NCBI RefSeq assembly: GCF_001194135.2
Contig: NC_068995.1
Coordinates: 33,218,141-33,282,140, forward strand
DNA from: Octopus bimaculoides
Taxonomy: Eukaryota
Reading direction: 5' to 3'
DNA: 64,000 nucleotides
The notes beneath the pieces are model-generated. The model was not told the origin of the DNA, searched no databases, and was given only the letters and a program-made list of their open reading frames with translations. Shown here one piece after another: positions 54,601 through 64,000 of this stretch (position 1 is its first letter; each line of letters begins with the position of its first letter). Both the position numbers and the translations under genes were made by a program.

Positions 54601-56333
54601 TATTATTTTTATTTTTATTATTATTTATTCCATAAAAAGTGTCATGTAATAAATTATACTATTACAGTAGTGGCTTGAAGTTCTAGGTCATTGTTATGGA
54701 TTTTTAGTAAGACATGTCCATTCCTATTCATAGTTACTGTTTTGTTACTAAATCATGCTGCTAGGATTAGACAGCTTGGTTATTCTCTTAACTGATAGAA
54801 TTTTATCATCAGTTTAGACTGGTTCTGATAAGTTTCCAATTGACTGGTGATCTGAATATATTTCTACCATTATGCATACAGACAAATGCAAGTGTGCGCG
54901 CATGCACACACACACACACACACACACACACAATTTTTATTATAGCCATAGAGGTACGTAAGTGACTAAAAAAAAGCCTACAGTGTTTGGAGAAAGTCAC
55001 TTTTCCCTAAAAATTGTTTAGCATTTACCCACCACTGCCATACCTACAAGACACTCTCCAAAACCCCTAACCCTAACCCTAACTTTCAGCCTCTTCCTGC
55101 CTCCCCACTGCAGTTGATCCTTCTGGTTTCTTACCAAAAGGACCTCCATAAACTTTCTGGAGTCATTTTTTTGCCTCCATTTCTCAATCCTAATGATTCT
55201 GTAAGTTGTATGCCACTAGATAAAGTTCCACTTTCACTGCCCACTCTACAGCCAATTCCAAACTACACTCACTTGATAAATCTATTCCAAATCTGTCCTT
55301 TTCTATTCCACTAGACACACCAACAGTCATATAGGTCAAGTATGAAAGCACTTCCTGTTACTTCAAAGCTCCTTTTGTCATCCTCAAACAATGTACTTCA
55401 AACCTAGGTTTTGATGCTTTTCAATTGGGCTAACTCTCAATAAGGGTTTATCCTAATTTTGGAAACAGAAATTTATGCCCCATTTTCATCCAACTTTCAT
55501 CCTATCTCACTTATCTCCATTAACTCAAAGGTAATGGACACATATTTACAATGATGTTCCTCAACACATTGAATCTTGCACTTAACAACTACTAATAAAA
55601 ATTCCATAAAATCAGATCTACTTGAGACCTACTCTCCTATGTCACTCACCAGTGGGCGCTTCCTCTTGAGAAATTTGGTAAAAGCAATACTTGCTACTGA
55701 TGTTAGCAAGGCCTTCAGCCATGTCTGGCATGCAAATCTCCTCTTTAAATTGCCCACCTACTGGCTTCATTCATTTATCATTTCTGTGGAGAATAGCTTT
55801 CTATCAAGTCACACTGTCATGGGTGTGCTAACGGTGCTCTCTCTCTCTCTCTCTTTGTCTCCCCCCTCTCTCTTTCTCACCCCCTCTCTCTCTTCCTCTT
55901 CCACACTTTATCAACTCAAGTATGCTCCAAGGCTCAGTTTTGTTACCCACGCTCTTACTTCTTTATCTCAATCACCTGCTGCTAGCCAGCACATCCAACA
56001 ATGCCCACTCTTGCACAAAAGATACCATCCACCATTTTTACATATCCTTCTGTAACCAAGCATCATTTACTAGTAATCTTGGCACCTTACACCAAACCTA
56101 CATTGATTTCACAACAGAGACTTGAAAATACCCTTTAACCCTTTTAGCATTGAAACTGATTATATCTGGCCCAAATATTCTTCTTCAGCAGAATATGTTT
56201 TTAGTATGTATGCATGTATGTATGTCTGAGTATGTATGTATGTATGTATGTATGTATTATGTATGTATGTATGTATGTATGTATGTATGTATGTATGTAT
56301 GCATGTATGTGTGTATGTATTCACCTGTGTACA

Positions 56334-56473
56334 CACTAGCGGAGCTAGAGTGTGTGCCGCCCAGGGCAGCCCTTCCGTTTGCCACCCCCAGACCCCACAA
56401 AAAAACCACAGCAGACCCAGAAGTGCCACCCAGGGTGAACGACCCCTACTGCACTCCCCTAGTTATGCTAGTG
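56334..56473. mobile_element. 140-bp GC-rich MITE with 8-bp TSD (hAT-like)
   Basis: TIRs CACTAGCGGAGCTAG / CTAGTTATGCTAGTG, exact TSD TGTGTACA at 56326-56333 and 56474-56481, internal repeat GTGCCRCCCAGGG twice. Confidence 0.8.
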
Positions 56474-57226
56474 TGTGTACATGTATGTATGTGTGTATGT
56501 ATGTATGTTTATCTGTATCCATGTATAAGAATGGTGATGACAATAAGAAAGAAGTGCATTCATATTTCATTTTTAACAACCTTTCATAGTACAATTCCAC
56601 TCTTTATTCTATTCACTGCAATAAGTGTACTGTTGTCACTGATATCCTGGTTGTTCAGATATATTTATCTCCATGACATCCTGATTCATATGCCATTTTA
56701 ATTCAAACACACTTGTTCTCAGTAACATCCTGGTTAATAATTCATTGCTATTATGCAAAAGTGTCGTAAGTCCAAAATATTGCTTTTTCAGAAAATGCAC
56801 AAAATAGTTTCACCATTCCATAGCAAAACTGTTGTACTACACTTTGACAATTTTTGATATCTTGGCATCTGAAGCAGCTGGAGATATGATAGTTTGACCA
56901 AAAGAACTGGCTATTGCGAGCAAAAATAATATTGAAAAAAAACGCATTTGGCCAAATTTGGACATATGACAGTTTAACATAATAACAACGACATGAAGGC
57001 AATGACTTGAACTTTAAAACACTTTCATCGACACAATACAGAACATTAGCAAATCTTCTACTCTCAGCTTTCCTCTTTACTAATTAACTCTTGTAATTAA
57101 ATCTTACTTCTTAACCCTTGTCCATCCTTTTTACACTTCTTGTAGGTTTATCTTATATTATAGGTCTATCCTCTGTTCTTTTCCACAACTATGTGACCTG
57201 TTCCTTGCCTGAGGTACTGTCTAACC

Positions 57227-57483
57227 CAGGGGTTTTCAAACTTTTTGACTTGCAGACCCCTTTATATTTCAGGCTTTACCTTATAAACGCTTATGAAATT
57301 TATACATAATATTTGCTTAAAATAACATATATTTTTATATTTATTTATTTAACAGTATTTAACAAATAGGTTTATTGTCAATTAAAAGATTTCGATTAAA
57401 AAACATGTATAAAATCAAATTGCCCATAAAAAGTATTTGCTGTCCACGGACCCCCCTTGCGGACCACAGTTTGAAAACCCCTG
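57227..57483. mobile_element. hAT-type MITE (257 bp)
   Basis: Perfect 16-bp TIR CAGGGGTTTTCAAACT, exact TSD GTCTAACC at 57219-57226 and 57484-57491. Confidence 0.9.
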
Positions 57484-58581
57484 GTCTAACCCACAACTAA
57501 GTGGCTTACTGTGAATATGCTCATAAGAACCTCCAGAATACTTGCTTCTCCCCCAACTAATGCTTCTTTATCTCCTCTCTCTTCTCACCTTGAGAAATCT
57601 TTCAACTTCCAAACTTTCATCTCTTAATTCTCCATTCAGATTTGTCCTATCCTCAATCTTAAGTCACTCACCAATCTCCTATAACAATAATTACTTGCTC
57701 GTTATGGAGGAGGAATTTAGTTTTCAGAGTTATCTACTTGACTTGTTTTACAGTAACGACAAAAATGAACCTAATATCCTCTCAACAGGTAGATCAGCAA
57801 TTGGATGGCTGCTAACCTTCTGGTGTTTGTGTTGCAAACGATTACGTAACTTCTATCATAGAACTCTAGCACCCTCTTGTGATATGGAACTCTAGATCTC
57901 TCTCCATTTCTTGTCTGCACCATTCTTACTTCTGTAAATGAATGCGTTTCTTACTTTTAAAGTATCAACCTGAATTAAGCACCTTTCTAAAATCTTAACT
58001 ATCACACCAGACTTATCTTTCATCAGACCAACATTGATACAAGCAGATTTGAAATTAATAACTTGACAATGTCATTACTGCAATTTGTGGTAGGATTACT
58101 TGGTAATAGTTAAGTAACAAGTATCTGATATTACACATACCAGGTTTCAGTTCTATTTATACAGTTGGTGTAATAATTTATTGTTTTGTAGTAAATAATT
58201 AATTATGATGAGATGTTATTCCTAACGTTAACAGCTTTATTTATCAGGTCCCCGGTGTACTTAATAACCTACATGTGGGGACAGGGAAACTGAGGCTAGA
58301 GAAACTGATGGAGAATCATTTTCCATGAGTTTCTAAACAACCTTATACAATCTTTTTTCCAAGAGTCTCTGTCCAACCTACACAATCATTTACTTGTTTT
58401 AGTCACTAGATTGCAGCCATACTGAGGCACCACCTTGAAGGATTTTGTTGAAGAAATCGACTCCAATACTTACGTTTAAGCCTGGTACTTATTCTATTGG
58501 TCTCTTTTGCCAAACCACTAAGGTACAGGGATATAAACAAGCCAACACCAGTTGTCAAGTGGCTGTAAGAGACTAACACAC

Positions 58582-58612
<31 letters not shown>

Positions 58613-61129
58613 AAGATATCAATACACACACACACAATGGACTTCTTTCAGTCTATGCCTATCAAACCCACTCACATATACATACACATGTTAACATAAT
58701 GGTATTTTTAACTCCAACATTTACTGAGCTGACTTATATTTAAAGGAAATTCACCCATAACCATCCCATCTTTTTATATAAACAAATAGAACTAATATGT
58801 CCTACTTATCCAGTATAACATCAACTTTTTTAAAATGTAATAGGATGTGATTTGAAGGAGATTTAGCTGATAATTGACAGCGAAAAAAAAAATAACCTAA
58901 GAAAATTGAATCTTAGAAATTAAGAAAATATCAAATGCTTGTGGATTTCAATAATAAAGAAGTGAATTTACAATTTTCACAAAGTAAACAAACAGAAAAG
59001 ATTAGGGACCTATCTATGTTGACACACATATATGCACATAAGATTAAGGACCAATACATGTTGACACACATAACCATACATAAAAGGGAAGAAAAATACT
59101 TAATATACAAAGGTGAAGGCGTAGCTGTGTGGTGAGAAGCTTGCTTCCCAACCACATGGTTCTGGGTTCATTCCCACTGCGTGGCACCTTGGGCAAGTGT
59201 CTTCTACTATAGTCTTGGGCCAACCAAAGCCTTGTGAGTGGATTTGGTAGACGGAAACTGAAAGAAGACTGTCATAAATATACATTTATGTTTGGATGTC
59301 TTTGTATCGGTGTTCGTCCCCTACCACCATTTGACAACTAGTACAGGTTTGTTTATGTCCCCATAATTTAGCATTTCTGCAAAAGAGATTGCTGGAATAA
59401 ATTCCAGGCTTAAAAAAAATACTGGAGGCAATTCATTCAACTAAAAATTCTTCAGGGCAGAGCCCCAGCATAGCTGCTGTCTAGTGACTGAAACAAGTAA
59501 AAGGTAAAAGGTAAGTAAAATACTTAGATTTTTGTAATTATGACTATGTCTCTCAGATAAAAGCACAGCTTTTGTCGTTTAGCAGTCTTTTTTTATTTTA
59601 TCCAATAACATTATACATTTATGCAGCAACTAATGTCTGTTGGAAAATGAAGTTAATTTGTGACTAAATGACTGCCATTACTTGTCTGAATAAAATAGGG
59701 ATGGTTGTGAACTCAAAATCACACGGTTGCAAAGCAAACTTTTTAACCAAACAACTATACTTGTATCTTGTAAATTTTAAGAATAAACTTGTGTTTTTAA
59801 TCATCAAAGAAATGGCAATTTTTAGTAATGACTCATATCAGCCAGTTCGACATTTAATATAGCTAGAAGCAGATCTAATATCTGGATGTTCTCTATAGAT
59901 CTAACTCAGAATACTTGTACACTTCAGGTAAACATCTTATTCAATCTATTAAAGCTGCAGATTGAATTGCCTGCAGCTATAATAAACACTAGGCAAATAG
60001 CTTAAAAAGGAAGGGCAGAGAGACATCCATTAAAGAAAGACAATGGAACTAACTGAAAAGACTACTGCTGTGACTGTGCACATCTTGTTTTAATATCTGC
60101 ATGGAATAGTAAAGTTCACTATTTAATCAGAAAGGACTTCAAAGAAGCTGTATAATTCCACAAAAGATTGTTTGAATTCTACTCCTAAACATGGAGGATA
60201 TATTTACTAGGGGTCACTGACTGCTGGAAACAATTACTGTCATCTAAAATAATCCAGTCTCAAAGTGTTTATTTGCTGCATGCTGCTGCTGCTACTGCTG
60301 CTGCTGTTGTCGTCATCATTATGGTTGTTGTTGTCGGTATTGCTGCTATTGTTGTTGCTACTGATACTGTTGTGTTTTTAAGCTCCAGATCAACCTTGAT
60401 CAACCAGATACCCGATCAAAACCAGTCCACCCATAGCTATCTTGCTTTACTCTTTTATCATCTTTTTTTTACTTGTTTCAGTCATTAGAGTACAGCCATG
60501 CTGGGACACTGCTTTGAAGGGTTCAATAGAACAAATCAACACCAGTACTTCTTTTAAAGTCCTTAATCTATCAGTCTTTTTACCAAACTATTAAGTTACA
60601 GGGACATAAACAAACCAACACCAGTTGTCAAGTAGTGGTGGGTGACAAACACAAACACAAAGTCACACACACATATATATACTCCCCCTCTCACTGTGCC
60701 TTAAGGGCATGTCCTGACACATATCCATCACCACCTCTCCCACTCTCTCCATCTCTATCTTTCTCTCTAAGTCTCCTTGTCTCCTTTCTTCTCCAATTGG
60801 CATATCCTTGTATTTCTTCTACAGTAAGACACCTATCTCAAACCCTCTCTTATTCCTTTAACCGCTCATCAACTGACACAAATACTCCCTCCACATTACT
60901 CCCTATCTGTCGAGGGGACTTTGTTTTGTCTTGTAAGTTACTTGGTGACCCCCACTAGTGCTGGTGCCATGAAAAAAGCAAACAGCAAACTCTGTAAAGT
61001 GTCTTACATTAGGAAGGGCATCCAGCCATAGAAACCATGTCAAAACAGAAAATAGAGCTTGGTGCAGTGCTCTGGCTTGCCAGCTCTTGTCAAACCATCC
61101 AACCCATGCTAGCATGGAGAACAGATGTT

Positions 61130-61199
<70 letters not shown>

Positions 61200-61585
61200 G
61201 ACGATGACGATGACGATGATGATATGATAGGCTTCTTTCAGTTTCTGGCTACCAAATCCACTCACAAGGCTTTGGTTGTCCTGAAGCTCTAATAGAAGGT
61301 TCTATGCAGTGTGACAGAACCCAGAACCATGTGGTTGGAAAGAAAACTTCTTACCACATAGTCATGCCTGCAAGCTGGTAGAACCCTTAGCACACTGAAT
61401 GCTTCCAGCTTTACATTGTGAGTTCAAATTCCACTGAGTTTGACTTTGCCTCTCACCTTTTGAGGTTGATAAAATAAATACCAGTTGAGCATTGGGGTTG
61501 ATGTAATTGACTAGCCCCCTCCCCTAAAATTACTGGCCTTGTGCCAAAATTTGAAACCATTATTGCTGTTGTTGTTGTTGTTGAA

Positions 61586-62275
61586 AGGCAGATTGTATGA
61601 TGCCTGTGTACATACATCTATGCTACATAGTAGTGAAACATGGGCTTTGACTACAGAGGACTTGCAAAGGATTGAAAAACAATAAAGCTAGCATGCTCTG
61701 CTGGATGGGTAATGTCAGTGTGCATATATGACAGATTTAAGAGAAAAACTGGGTATATGAAGCATCAGATGTAGTGTGCAAGAGAGAAGACTGCACTGGT
61801 ATGGTCATGTGATGCGCATGGATAAGGACAACTGCATCAAGAAGTGCCAAGCTCTAATTGTGGAGGGAACCTGTGGAAGGGGTAGGCCCAGGAAGATGTA
61901 GGACAAAGTGGTGAGAAAGGATCTTCAGATGCTGGGCCTCACTGAGGGAATGGCAAAGGACTGGGTGTTATGGCAATTTGCTGTACTTGAAATGACATGT
62001 CAAGCTAAGTAAAATCACTGTCTTTCATACATACAGACTTGTCCATTGCAGGTACTAGCGCCACATAACATGCACTTGGTGCAGCATAAATGTACCCATG
62101 CCGGTGGCATGTAAAAAGCACTCAGCACACTTTGTAAAGTGGCTGATATTTTGGAAGGGCATCCAGCCATAGAAACCATACAACTACAGACAACTGGAGG
62201 CAGTGCAGCTCCCCACCTGGTCAGCTCCTGTCAAACTGTCCAACCCATGCCAGAATGGAAAAAGGACATTAAACA

Positions 62276-62340
<65 letters not shown>
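61586..62340 (+). mobile_element. 5'-truncated RTE LINE: ORF end, 3' UTR, (ATT)n tail
   Basis: GRLYDACV...SETW...WYGHVMRMDKDNCIKKC...GRGRPRK contiguous with the UTR and tail. Confidence 0.85.
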
Positions 62341-62342
<2 letters not shown>

Positions 62343-63359
62343 GTTCGGTATGTTCGATGTGTATTCATTGTTTTTATTACATTACAACATTTAATGAAGT
62401 TTGCTTTTAATTACAGGGACAAGAAGTCAAAAATAATTTAGGTTACAAGTTTACAAGTTGTTCTGTTACAAGGAACTTTTGACAGCAGAATAACTGGAGT
62501 GGAAATGTTGAGAACCATTTCAAAGTAATTCTTTGAAGTTAAACACAAAAGGTGATTTATATGCTGACTCTTAAGTTCATAAAGTTTGAACTCGTGAAAC
62601 TGCAATCTGACAGAAGCCCACAAATGTTGCCTTTGAACAAATAGAGCTAGGAAGTAACCTAATTAGATATCTGTAGTCTTCACCTAATTCTTCATTGACA
62701 TTTTAGCTGAAAGAATCATTTGAAAGTGATGTTTAGTAATTAATAAGAGAGTTAACAGCTGAAACAAAGATTACCAGCCTAATAATCAATGGTTCATATT
62801 TTGTCACCATTCTACACTGTGCTTGTTGCCAAGACACCTAACTCTCAGCAGTCCTGTCCTCCAAGCTCTAAATAGACACTGAAGGTTGGTGTGTTTTATT
62901 GGTTTTGTCTGAAGTAAAGGATAGTAAACAATGTGGTATTGCTAAGTGTTTCTGTAGCCTGCAGTTTTGAGTTCAATTCTTTAATGGAAAAAGCCATTTA
63001 GCATCTTATATTTCATAAGCTAAATGTTACAGAAATTGGAGTTTAACTCTGGCTTTATGCCTTCTTGGGATTTGGAAAAGATTGTCTTTTGAGGTTTGCA
63101 GCATATTTCAATGACTGAGTTGATGTTTTACATAAAAGTTCTTGTTAGTCCAAAATTTTATTTATAGTAATTATTCAAAATTTCAGTTGCATAATTACTG
63201 TATTTTGTATGTAGTAATAAAGTAGGAAATGGTCCCATATCCACCAGCAAGGAACTGTATAAATTTAATGAGGGAAAAGCTATAGAAGTGGGCATAAAAT
63301 TAACATATTTGTTCCCCACTTCTCTTAATACACACTTAAAGATTAAACACTGTTGTTAA

Positions 63360-63567
63360 CCCTTTAACATTCAGATTATTCTGTCAAATATAATGCTTTG
63401 TTTTGAATTAATTAGGTATTGTCTCGAAGCTTTGAGATTTCAGTGATGTGATTGTTTAGTTTTAGAATGACATTATAGGGTATGTGCGAGAAGTCAGATC
63501 TGGCCAGTTTGAATATAAAATAAGTAGAATATTCGGGCCAGATATGGTCAGATTAAGTGCTAAAGGG
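63360..63567 (-). mobile_element. TTAA-flanked (piggyBac-type) MITE
   Basis: TTAA at 63356-63359 and 63568-63571; reverse complement of the 40869 family. Confidence 0.85.
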
Positions 63568-64000
63568 TTAAAAGCAAAAGTGAACCCCAGAATAGTGGTG
63601 AAACACGAACAGGATGAGGGTGCAGTCCATTTATAAGTATAGTAAACGATTGCAAAAAATTAGCAAGATGAAAATAAACCCCTGTTTTAATTCCTAGTGG
63701 TCATCATCATCATCATCATCGTTTAACGTCCGCTTTCCATGCTAGCATGGGTTGGACGATTTGACTGAGGACTGGTGAAACCGGATGGCAACACCAGGCT
63801 CCAGTCTAATTTGGCAGAGTTTCTACAGCTGGATGCCCTTCCTAACGCCAACCACTCAGAGAGTGTAGTGGGTGCTTTTACGTGTCACCTGCACGAAAAC
63901 GGCCACGCTCGAAATGGTGTCTTTTATGTGCCACCCGCACAAGCCAGTCCAGGGGCACTGGCAACGATCTCACTCGAAAATCCTACGGGAGCCAGTCAGG

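Larger units (their letters stand above)
55070..57960 (+). mobile_element. CR1/L2-group (jockey-like) LINE RT remnant fragmented by nested insertions
   Basis: TDVSKAFSHVWHANLLFKL and QGSVLLPTLLLLYLNHLL are decayed RT motifs (55576-56125); LINE-like sequence appears to resume at about 57040. Confidence 0.7.

Noticed and set aside
55065-55082. (CCCTAA)3 as an interstitial telomere
   Set aside because: Only three units, at the edge of a LINE remnant.

Overview
AT-rich animal scaffold with many short N gaps, most likely an octopus: the SINE types, microsatellite density and gap pattern point that way (inference). There is no intact gene, RNA gene or CRISPR array. Nearly every ORF in the six-frame track is an artefact of N runs, microsatellites or decayed transposons. 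The window is a layered transposon fossil record: maT-like and mariner (DD34D) transposase remnants, hAT MITEs with exact 8-bp TSDs, TTAA (piggyBac-type) MITEs, four non-LTR lineages (RTE, CR1/L2-like, R4/Dong, CRE) plus a Penelope-like element, and at least three tRNA-derived SINE families. Unexplained structure includes a 247-bp fold-back element, a perfect 110-bp AT palindrome, a degenerate 33-bp array, a CCAAT-box cluster and a few orphan exon candidates of an unidentified long-intron gene. All alignments and translations were done by eye; TE boundaries without TSDs are approximate.
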